The notes under the pieces: model-generated | Told to the model about the DNA's origin: nothing | What the model saw: only the letters and a program-made list of their open reading frames with translations | Databases searched by the model: none | Shown here: piece after piece, positions 1 through 8,920 of the stretch | Layout: each line of letters starts with the position of its first letter | Position numbering within the stretch: the first letter of the stretch is position 1 | Made by a program: the position numbers and the translations under genes | Assembly (NCBI RefSeq): GCF_035594765.1 | Contig: NW_026943822.1 | Coordinates: forward strand, 8,331,769-8,395,768 | Source of the DNA: Anolis carolinensis | Taxonomy: Eukaryota | DNA: 64,000 nt | Direction of reading: 5' to 3'

Positions 1-64
1 AAATCAAAATCAAATATATATTATGCATATAATATATAAAATATAAGTGTCTTATAACCTTTAC

Positions 65-367
65 TGTCAGAACCCTGCTACTAGAGCCTGGATGTGGCTC
101 TGAGTTTCAGGGTCACTGACATTGATAAGACACCTGCGTCCCAGGACTCGGAGGAGAAACGGCTGATGGACTTGGCGGGGAATTTGCGCGGGGTTTTACT
201 GAGCGGGAAGAGACTGTTCAAATGAGGGGGAGGGTATATAAAGGAGGGTTGGCCGGAGCCTCCCATTCTTGGCTTTTCTGATGTTCATGTTTCCTACAGT
301 AAAAGTTCCTGGTGATACCACAAAGAGTCTCGTGTGTTCATTCAGGAGCGGCTGTGGTGAGCTGACA
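65..367 (+). repeat. 5' LTR (TATA 235-242, Inr CCATTCT with +1 near 265, AGTAAA polyA-like signal 298-303)
   Basis: No difference from 5079-5381 found by eye; TG...CA ends with 6-bp terminal inverted repeats. Confidence 0.96.
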
Positions 368-369
368 CT

Positions 370-380
370 AAGCCAAGAAT
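370..380 (+). promoter_or_regulatory. Primer-binding site of self-priming type (AAGCCAAGAAT)
   Basis: Lies 2 nt after the LTR, has no TGG start, and is the exact reverse complement of 265-275. Confidence 0.8.
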
Positions 381-415
381 TCGGACACCATCCCGCTGTA
401 GCGGTGAGGTGTAAC

Positions 416-3400
416 ATGCAAGTGGAGGATGAAGAGCTCTTGGGCGCCGGAGGAGGAAGGTCGGAAAGGGCCACTCCCGAGACGGACGCTGAGTTCCACC
501 AGCTGGCGGCCCTGGCGTCATCCACCGCTTATGCCCAGCCAAATGGGGTAACCCAGAGGCGCGGAGTGGTGCGGGGAGATAGCACCGGAGGAGAGGAAGG
601 TTCACCTTCCCCAGGCCCGCAAAAGATGGTGTTTCTGGAGGAGAGGATGTCGGCGATGGAGACCACCCTGGCAGTGATGTCGAGGGCGATGGAGCGCCTG
701 GCGGTTTTGGCGGAGCCGGAGCGAGGAAGGGAACTCAGGGCTAGCTCAATGTGGGACGTGAGCATGGGAAGCAGCCAGGGCTTTGCAGACCTCCCAGCAC
801 CGAAGGGAAGGGAAATGCGAAAGGAGCCCGGTGCCCGGCCCAAGATCCAAACGAGCCTGACGCGGGTGGAGGAGAGTGACGACGAAGGGGAAAAGCCTCC
901 GAGAATCCCGGCTACGCTCCCAACTGAGACCCTGGTGCCCCTGGCGAATGCCGGGCGTGGCACAGGACAAAGGGAAGCAGCAGCGGGGCCCACTGGCCCG
1001 CAAGGGGGCTTGCGACGGGCGGAGGATTGGGGATTGCCACCACAGGGACCCCTACCGAGACGAGAGGAACTAAGGATCGAGTTTGGGGGAGAGTCCTCTG
1101 AACTGGATTTTTTCCTGACCACGGTGAGGGGCTATATGGAGGACAATGCCCACACTTTTAGAACGGAATCCAGCCGGGTACGGGCCATTGGTGCAGTGTT
1201 GAAGAGGGGAGCGGCCAGCTGGTACGTTCAACTACATGCGCGGCGCGACCCATGTCTGGGGTCACTCCGACGCTTTATGGGGGCCCTGGAGACCCGTTTC
1301 CGAGATCCACTGGAGCAGATCCGGGCGAGGGAGGAGTTGAAGACCGTCTCCCAGGGGCAGAGGTCGGTATCTGAGTATGCGGAGGAGTTCCAATGCCTCG
1401 CTGAAAAGGTGCCGGAATGGTCTGCAGTGACAAAGATAGAACTCTTCAAAGAGGGTCTCAGGCGGGAGATCCTCTCCTGGGCGGTGCATCGTGATGAGCC
1501 TGACACACTGCGCGGATGGATTCAGCTGGCGGGGCGCATCGAGACATCGCTGGCCCAGGCGAGGAGGCACCGAGGAGGGCTACAGCAGCGGCCGCAGATG
1601 AAAGAGGGGAGCCGGAAGGAGGGATCAACCCCAGCCGGGAGGAGAACGGAGCCGACAGGGAACGTGAGCACCAGCAGGAGGGGCTGCTTCGTGTGCGGCC
1701 GTTTGGGCCACAGGGCTGCCGAGTGCTGGCAGAGAAAAGGGGAAGGCGGAGGCCCGCCCAAACCAAGAGCCGTGGCAGGGAAACGCGCCGAGGAAGAACC
1801 ACCGATGAGGCACCACTCGGGGGGGTTGGTAAGTCAGGACAAAGCCATGATAGTGGTCCCCATTCAGCTGGAAAGTGGCAGCAAACAAGCAACCTGCAAA
1901 GCATTTGTGGATTGTGGATGTTCCAGGAACATCATCTCCCCTGAATTAGCCGAGGGATTGGGATGCGAAAGAACGAACCTAGAATCCCCAATAGCTTTCT
2001 CGCAGTTGGACGGATCCACAGCATCGGGATCATTAGCTAAGTACAGTGCCGAAGATGTAAAGTGTAAGATAGGGAGTTGGGAAGGAAAGGTGTCATTTGT
2101 GATATCACAAATAGCCAGCTATAATGTTATACTAGGCATGCCATGGCTGGGGCAGGCCAACCCGCAAATCAACTGGGAGGATAAGAGCATGATTTTCAGG
2201 ATGAAGTTGGAAGGAGGGAGCCAGGAAGTGGAAAGGGAGCCGGGGAAAAGGGGGGAGGAAGACTCTATCAGGATAGCAGAACTGGCAGATAAATTACCCC
2301 CAGAGTATCGGGATTTTGTGGACGTATTTGATGAGAAGGAAGCAGACAGTTTCCCGCCGAAGCGGAGAGTTGAAGTGAAGATAGAGCTAGTCCCAGGAGC
2401 AGAGCTTCCTAAGGCAAAAATATACCCAATGTCGGCTAGGGAAAAGGAGGAACTGAGAAAATACATTGATAAAAACCTAGCGAGGGGTTTCATAGAGCCC
2501 TCAAATTCCCCTCTAGGGGCGCCTGTGTTATTCAGGCGCAAAAAGGACCAAACGCTGAGGCTCTGCATTGACTACAGGGGCCTGAATGCAATTAGTTCTG
2601 GAAATAAATACCCCCTACCTTTAGTGAAGGACTTGATCGCCCAGTTATCGGAGGGACAGATATTCACTAAATTGGACTTAATTGAAGCGTACCATAAATT
2701 GCAGATTAAACCAGAGGACAGGTGGAAGACGGCCTTTTCCTGTGCATTCGGATTATTCAATTATCGTGTGCTCCCTTTCGGTTTGTGCGGCGGAGGCGCC
2801 GCGTTCATGCAATTAATCAACGAAGTGTTGCATCCATTGTTGTACAAGGGAGTCTTTGTTTTTTTAGATGACATATTGTTAGTATCTCGGACTAAGGAGC
2901 AACATATAGAACTAGTCAGGGAAGTCCTGCAAAAGTTGAGAGAAGCAAAACTGTATGCGAAGCTTGCCAAGTGCGAGTTCAATAAAGACCAGATAGACTT
3001 TCTGGGGTATAGGATTTCATCCCAGGGAGTGGCGATGGACCCTGCGAAGGTAGAAGACGTGAGGGGGTGGGAAGCCCCCAAAACACGGAAGCAGCTGCAA
3101 TCCTTCCTAGGGTTCGCAAACTTCTATAGAACATTTATCAAGGACTTTGCGCGCCTCACTTTGCCATTAACGGATTTGTTAAAGACTAAAGGCAGGGGAG
3201 AAACAGCCAAAGTGAAGGCCCCAGGGGCCAAACTGACCTGGACAATAGAATGCCAGGAAGCTTTCGAAGCCCTTAAAAAGCGTTTTACGGAGGAGCCTGT
3301 CCTACAGCACCCTGATATGTCGAAAGCCTTTGTATTACATTGCGATGCGTCAGACCGGGCATATGGGGCAGTTCTGCTACAGAAAGACGAGGGGGGGAAC

Positions 3401-5032
3401 CTGAAGCCATGTGGCTATCTGTCAAAAAAGTTTAGCGATACAGAAAAAAACTGGCCGATTTGGGAGAGAGAAGCCTTAGCGATTCTAAAAGCACTAGAGT
3501 GCTGGAGACACTTCCTGGAAGGAAGTGGAACACCGTTTGAGGTGTGGACTGACCATAGAAATTTACAGTATCTAAGATCCCCTCGTAAACTATCAGCGAA
3601 GCAAATTAGATGGGCCCAATATTTCAGCCGTTTTGATTTCAAACTCAGATTCTTCCAGGGGAAACATAATATACTCGCTGACGCTCTCTCTCGAATGCCT
3701 CAGCACGGGGGAGGAATTCAGGAATCTGAAGGGAGTATTTTTCTTGATAAGCAATGGGGCCTGGCAGTACTAACTCGAGCACAAGCGGCCAAAGAAAACA
3801 AACGTACTGCCATTTCCACGGGGGGAGGAGAAATATGGGAGGAAGAGTTGAAGCGAGCGTATGGAATGGACAAATGGTTACAAACAAACAAAGAAAAGGG
3901 AGAATTGTGTGGGGATTTGGTGTTTGTAAATAAGAAATTGTATATTCCTGAATGTTTAAGACGAGAAATGTTAAGGAAGTACCATGATAACAAGGGTGCG
4001 GGTCATCTAGGCCCCACCAGGACTATTAAACTGTTGGCCAAACAATGCTGGTGGCCCGGAATGAGGAAAGACGCCAGGGGGTACGTCACGCAGTGTGAAT
4101 TATGTGCAGAGGGAAAAACACCACCGGGGAAGCCCCAGGGGCTATTGCAGAAGGTGGTGGAGCCCATGAGGCCATGGGAATGCGTAGCCATGGATTTTGT
4201 AGGCGAACTACCCCCCAGCAGAGGCCACAGATACATTTGGACAATATTGGACCTATTCTCAAAACAGGCACACTTTGTGGCTCTGCCAAAACTTCCTTCA
4301 GCTGAAAAACTTGCTGATTTGTATGTGAAGCATGTATATCGCCTACATGGGTGTCCCGACAAGATAATTAGTGACCGGGGAGTCCAATTTACTGCAAAAT
4401 TTTGGGGAAAATTCTTACAGCTGTTAGGAGCAGAAAGGAACCTGAGCTCGGCCTTTCATCCCGCGACCAACGGGGGGGTCGAACGTACCCAACAGACACT
4501 GTGCCAATTCTTAAGGATGTACACCAATTATAGACAGGATGATTGGGCGGACCTTCTTCCGTTTGCTGAGATGGCTTTTAACGGGGCCGTACATTCGGCC
4601 ACAGGTCGTGCCCCATTCGAAATAGTATACGGACAGGAGGTGGCACCTTTCCCCAGGCTACCAGAGTGGAAGGAAGGGGAGGGCCAGACCGACGAGGAAT
4701 GGCCGGCCAAAATCAAGCAAGGGTGGCAAACCGTGGTAGAGGCATTGCGGGAAACACAAAAGAAGTACAAGCTCTTTGCGGATCGTAGGCGCCGAGAGGG
4801 GGACAAATTGGGCGAAGGAGATCTGGTTTGGCTGAGCACAAAAAACCTGAAATTGGGGTTCCCATCCAAGAAATTGGCTCCACGCTATATAGGACCATTC
4901 AGGGTAGCAAAAAGAATAAACGAAGTGACCTATGAGCTGAGGCTACCAAAGGACCTAGGAAAGGTACACCCGGTATTCCATTGCAGCCTGTTAAAAAAGT
5001 ATAAAGGAACTCTGGACAGCGGAGAACAATAG
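416..5032 (+). CDS. Gag-Pol polyprotein (capsid, CCHC knuckle, aspartic protease, RT, RNase H, integrase); the frame is open from 269
   Basis: Motifs CFVCGRLGHRAAEC, FVDCG, LPFGL...FLDD, CDAS, HHCC zinc finger, MDF...SDRG...E and YIGPF; no stop or frameshift. ATG 416 has A at -3. Confidence 0.95.
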   Translation: MQVEDEELLGAGGGRSERATPETDAEFHQLAALASSTAYAQPNGVTQRRGVVRGDSTGGEEGSPSPGPQKMVFLEERMSAMETTLAVMSRAMERLAVLAEPERGRELRASSMWDVSMGSSQGFADLPAPKGREMRKEPGARPKIQTSLTRVEESDDEGEKPPRIPATLPTETLVPLANAGRGTGQREAAAGPTGPQGGLRRAEDWGLPPQGPLPRREELRIEFGGESSELDFFLTTVRGYMEDNAHTFRTESSRVRAIGAVLKRGAASWYVQLHARRDPCLGSLRRFMGALETRFRDPLEQIRAREELKTVSQGQRSVSEYAEEFQCLAEKVPEWSAVTKIELFKEGLRREILSWAVHRDEPDTLRGWIQLAGRIETSLAQARRHRGGLQQRPQMKEGSRKEGSTPAGRRTEPTGNVSTSRRGCFVCGRLGHRAAECWQRKGEGGGPPKPRAVAGKRAEEEPPMRHHSGGLVSQDKAMIVVPIQLESGSKQATCKAFVDCGCSRNIISPELAEGLGCERTNLESPIAFSQLDGSTASGSLAKYSAEDVKCKIGSWEGKVSFVISQIASYNVILGMPWLGQANPQINWEDKSMIFRMKLEGGSQEVEREPGKRGEEDSIRIAELADKLPPEYRDFVDVFDEKEADSFPPKRRVEVKIELVPGAELPKAKIYPMSAREKEELRKYIDKNLARGFIEPSNSPLGAPVLFRRKKDQTLRLCIDYRGLNAISSGNKYPLPLVKDLIAQLSEGQIFTKLDLIEAYHKLQIKPEDRWKTAFSCAFGLFNYRVLPFGLCGGGAAFMQLINEVLHPLLYKGVFVFLDDILLVSRTKEQHIELVREVLQKLREAKLYAKLAKCEFNKDQIDFLGYRISSQGVAMDPAKVEDVRGWEAPKTRKQLQSFLGFANFYRTFIKDFARLTLPLTDLLKTKGRGETAKVKAPGAKLTWTIECQEAFEALKKRFTEEPVLQHPDMSKAFVLHCDASDRAYGAVLLQKDEGGNLKPCGYLSKKFSDTEKNWPIWEREALAILKALECWRHFLEGSGTPFEVWTDHRNLQYLRSPRKLSAKQIRWAQYFSRFDFKLRFFQGKHNILADALSRMPQHGGGIQESEGSIFLDKQWGLAVLTRAQAAKENKRTAISTGGGEIWEEELKRAYGMDKWLQTNKEKGELCGDLVFVNKKLYIPECLRREMLRKYHDNKGAGHLGPTRTIKLLAKQCWWPGMRKDARGYVTQCELCAEGKTPPGKPQGLLQKVVEPMRPWECVAMDFVGELPPSRGHRYIWTILDLFSKQAHFVALPKLPSAEKLADLYVKHVYRLHGCPDKIISDRGVQFTAKFWGKFLQLLGAERNLSSAFHPATNGGVERTQQTLCQFLRMYTNYRQDDWADLLPFAEMAFNGAVHSATGRAPFEIVYGQEVAPFPRLPEWKEGEGQTDEEWPAKIKQGWQTVVEALRETQKKYKLFADRRRREGDKLGEGDLVWLSTKNLKLGFPSKKLAPRYIGPFRVAKRINEVTYELRLPKDLGKVHPVFHCSLLKKYKGTLDSGEQ

Positions 5033-5059
5033 TTGTGTTTAATCTTTTCCTTCCAGGAC

Positions 5060-5073
5060 GAAGGGGAGGAGGA
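5060..5073 (+). promoter_or_regulatory. Polypurine tract
   Basis: GAAGGGGAGGAGGA, 5 nt upstream of the 3' LTR. Confidence 0.85.
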
Positions 5074-5078
5074 CGCCA

Positions 5079-5381
5079 TGTCAGAACCCTGCTACTAGAG
5101 CCTGGATGTGGCTCTGAGTTTCAGGGTCACTGACATTGATAAGACACCTGCGTCCCAGGACTCGGAGGAGAAACGGCTGATGGACTTGGCGGGGAATTTG
5201 CGCGGGGTTTTACTGAGCGGGAAGAGACTGTTCAAATGAGGGGGAGGGTATATAAAGGAGGGTTGGCCGGAGCCTCCCATTCTTGGCTTTTCTGATGTTC
5301 ATGTTTCCTACAGTAAAAGTTCCTGGTGATACCACAAAGAGTCTCGTGTGTTCATTCAGGAGCGGCTGTGGTGAGCTGACA
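5079..5381 (+). repeat. 3' LTR
   Basis: Direct repeat of 65-367 at offset 5014. Confidence 0.96.
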
Positions 5382-5575
5382 CTTTACTGTATAAAAAAGT
5401 GTGGATGTTTTTCCTTAACACCTCTTATGTCCTACAGTTGATTCTTGTGTTGTTTCCTCTACAGCCTCTCCACGGGGTTCATCACAAATCATTATCAACA
5501 AATGTTGTTTTCTTAATTAGAAACTTAATCTGTTTTAGTGGTAATGACTGCAACTTGTGCAAATTATAGGTAACA

Positions 5576-5875
5576 GTAAAAGTTTCCCCCTGACATTAAG
5601 TCTAGTCGGGTCCATCTTTAGGGGGTGGTGCTCATCTCCATTTCTAAGCCGAAGAGCCAGCATTGTCATGTGGCCAGCATGGCTGCATGGAGTGTCTTCC
5701 TGCCACAGTGGTACTTATTGATCTACTCACATTTGCGTGTTTTGGAACTGCTAAGTTGGCAGAAGCTGGGGCTAAGAGCGGGAGCTCACCCCGCTCCCCG
5801 GATTCGAACCACTGACCTTTCGGTCAGCAAGTTCAGCAGCTCAGTGGTTAAACCCCGTGCACAACCGGGGGCTCC
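5576..5875 (-). mobile_element. Sauria-type SINE (internally deleted)
   Basis: tRNA-like head and ACCTTT-like tail on the minus strand; matches other copies in the window. Confidence 0.85.
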
Positions 5876-6098
5876 TGCAAATTATAAGAGTTATAATTTA
5901 AACACTTGAACAACACTCTGGAATTTTGGCCATTGGTACTTTGGACCCATCTGATGGAATAGAAGAAAGCTGGATTTTAATTTTTATGATTTTAGCAGGA
6001 CTGTATGTTTTGTTTTCTGATGTCTATCTTGTATGGTTTTCTACTGGCAATTGAATGTTTTGTTCATGTTGGAAACTGCTTTGAGTCCTCTTGGGGAG

Positions 6099-6099
6099 A

Positions 6100-6137
<38 letters not shown>

Positions 6138-6170
6138 GAAGAAGAAGAAGAAGACGACGACGACGACGAC
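6099..6170. repeat. Compound microsatellite (AAT)n(AAG)n(ACG)n
   Basis: Visible in the sequence. Confidence 0.95.
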
Positions 6171-6426
6171 AACTCTGGCAGAAACCAGTGCAGGTGGTCC
6201 CGGTGGTGATGGGCACACTGGGTGCCGTGCCAAAAGATCTCAGCCAGCATTTGGAAACAATAGACATTGACAAAATTATGATCTGCCAACTGCAAAAGGC
6301 CTCCCTACTGGGATATGCGCGCATCATCTGAAAATACATCACACAGTCCTAGACACTTGGGAAGTGTTTGACTTGTGATTTTGTGATATGAAATCCAGCA
6401 TATCTATCTTATTTGCTGTATCATAC
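6171..6426 (+). mobile_element. 5'-truncated R4/Dong-clade non-LTR retrotransposon 3' end
   Basis: Translates to LWQKPVQVVPVVMGTLGAVP...LQKASLLGYARII, the C-terminus of a restriction-like endonuclease LINE. Followed by (AAT)n at 6428-6480. Confidence 0.7.
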
Positions 6427-6480
<54 letters not shown>

Positions 6481-6974
6481 CACCAGCACTCCACTTCTGT
6501 AGTAATTAAATCTTTCTGGATGTTTTTAAATGAAGGCTGTATGGCCATCTGTTGGGAGGGCTTTGACAGTGCATTCTTGTCTAGCTTATGGTGGCTGGAC
6601 TAGATGCTCTTTGGGGATCCCTTCCCACTCTAGTTAAGTACAGACTTCCTGGGAGACCAGTGGAGTCTCGTTCTCTGGAGCTTTTGAACTGAGGCTGGAT
6701 GGCTATCTGTTGGGAAGGCTTTGACTCTGTCTTCCTTCCAAATAGCTATTGTTTGTGGGGAGCATTTTTCATGCGACACACTCCTGTTAGGAAAGACTCT
6801 CCCAGAACAACAAAACCCAACCCTAGTTAAAATCAGCTGTGACGTCTGCATCTGGATAAACGAGACAGAGTGGTCTGCCAGATGTTGGGAGAGATTTGAC
6901 CCACGTCATCTCAAACTGTTTTCAATAAGAAGGAACTCAGAAGGAAAAGGTTGAACAAAGCAATGAAACGTTAC

Positions 6975-7031
6975 CTAGGTTGGGATCATATTCGCTTATA
7001 AACCTCTTGGTTAGAAACTTCACTGTGAGCG
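6975..7031 (-). CDS. RASL12: RAS-like family 12, coding exon 2 ((A)LTVKFLTKRFISEYDPNL)
   Basis: 57-nt exon with CAG/GT boundaries, phase 1-1; Ras G1-G2 region. Confidence 0.93.
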
Positions 7032-7898
7032 CTGCAAGAAAGAAAGCGTAAAGAGCATGGATCAGTTACTCTTGGTGAAACCTTATGCAAGGACAAGACA
7101 TTAAACTTAAGGCTAAGCTAATGCTATAGGATCTTGGGAGATGTAGTTTTACTAAAAGTCCCCCTACACTCTAGAATGAATGCAGTTTGACACCACTTTA
7201 TCTGTCATGGCTCAATGCTGTGGAATCCTTGGATGTGCAGTTTAGCAAAAGACCTTGTAAAACTACAGCTCCCTCATTTTTTATGTCTGTCCTGCATAAT
7301 TTCTATTTCTCTTATTCTCTTATCTTTTTTACTCCTCACTTTTTCCCATCTTCCCTCTGTGTCCCTTCTTACATTTACTATTTGGAGGTTTATCATATTT
7401 CTAATTCAAATTCACCACACCCCATGCATTATTTGTACCTCTTGTTTCAAATATATGTTCCCACATCCTATCATCGAATAATGGGGGTATTATCCTTCCT
7501 CTTATGACTTTCCTGAAAGCATAAGATGTCAACCTTATTGTCTTTAACCACTTTCGTTACTCTCGCCCTTCATTGTGGAGTGATAAACCATTAACATTAT
7601 ATGACTTTATTATTAATTTCCCCATAATAAGATATTTTTTAGATAACTACAGCTCCCAGGATTCCATAGCATTGAGTTGTGGCTGTTGAAGTGGTGTCAA
7701 ACTGCAGTTATTCTGCAGTATAGATGCACCGAGGACATTTCTAAAACAGCTGGAAAAGTGGGAGAAATGTAATGTCCTCAGGGCTGAAAACAGGGATGGT
7801 TGGAAGCTACAGGTATATCTCTGCAAACCGTCTCCAAAGTCCCATAGGCACCCCATAGAAACATGCATGCAGACATACACAAATGCACATCTCCTGAC

Positions 7899-8016
7899 CT
7901 GATTTTCCCGACCCTCGGCATCCTAAGATGGCCACATTGCATTCTGGGACCAGGCTGGAGAGATGGCGGTCATGAACACATGGAGCCGGCCGAGATTTGC
8001 CGAACATGGAGGACAT
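7899..8016 (-). CDS. RASL12: RAS-like family 12, coding exon 1 (MSSMFGK...AILGCRGSGKS)
   Basis: RASL12-type N-terminus with P-loop GxxxxGKS; GT donor at 7898; synteny with KBTBD13. Confidence 0.92.
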
Positions 8017-8187
8017 CTTCACACTAAGTGAATATAAACACACTGGTAAACATAAATCAATGTGAACACGTTCACCATTCACTGTTTGCTTGTCTTGGGG
8101 TTTTCAATGGCTGAATCCACATAGCAAAGTTACAGCCAGTTGACATCAATGCCTTATGGCAAAATGATGAATTTCAGGGTCAATGAT

Positions 8188-8264
8188 GGTCTCCCATCCA
8201 GGTACTAACCAGGGCTGACCCTGTTTAGCTTCCAAGTTCAGAAGGGATCTAATGCATTTAGGGT
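8188..8264 (-). pseudogene. 5S rRNA-derived fragment (5S pseudogene or 5S-SINE head)
   Basis: Minus strand reads GGAAGCTAAACAGGGTCAGCCCTGGTTAGTACCTGGATGGGAGACC, a degenerate 5S internal control region. Confidence 0.8.
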
Positions 8265-8920
8265 TTTTGAGTCCTACACAGGTATTTGGCTAAAGCTTCC
8301 TTGTGTTTATGTGCGTTTACGTGTCCTTTTGACATAAAGTGGCCCCATGGATTGTATAGGGTTATCTTAGGCAAGGAATGCTTTTTATCGGTTTCTTCCT
8401 CTAAAATAGAGTCTATCATTTTGTATGGATAAACCAAGAACCTGACTCAAGACACATAGATAAATAGATGGATAATCTGCTTTTTGATTTATATTTTATA
8501 TACATTTGGCCACAGAGTTGCATCCCAGTTGGAGACAGGATTCTGCACATCTCCAGTAACACTCTAAACCGACAAAATCAATACTCTTGAATCAATCAAA
8601 TCAATCAATCTCTATCTGGTTAGTCCCCATTCCCCATAGGCTGGCAATGCTTCCTGAGAACCAGAATAGAGACAACAAAGAGACAAAATCAATGAGAAAG
8701 AGCCCAGAAACCACAACCATTGGGTCTTTGGCCACCTTCTTCACCTCTCCAAAAACTCCCTTTTGCTTTCAGATTCAAATAATTGGGAACCATAGATTCT
8801 GTCGCATTTCTGCACCTACTTTTGGACTCTTGTGTGCATCAAGATTTTCCCTTTCTCCAAGTCAGTGGGGCACACGGACCAGTTCCTGTGCCAAAGAGTT
8901 TATATCTATATCTATATCTA

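Larger units (their letters stand above)
65..5381 (+). mobile_element. Full-length Ty3/Gypsy (Tf1/sushi-like) LTR retrotransposon, antisense within RASL12 intron 2
   Basis: Two 303-bp direct repeats with TGTCAG...CTGACA ends, an intact gag-pol ORF and a PPT. CTTTAC flanks both sides (59-64, 5382-5387). Confidence 0.97.

Noticed and set aside
196-1944. Antisense and alternate-frame ORFs over gag
   Set aside because: Expected in GC-rich coding sequence; no motifs and no env-like ORF.
5382-6970. RASL12 exon 3
   Set aside because: No DTA-containing (G3) exon found here; it must lie left of the window.
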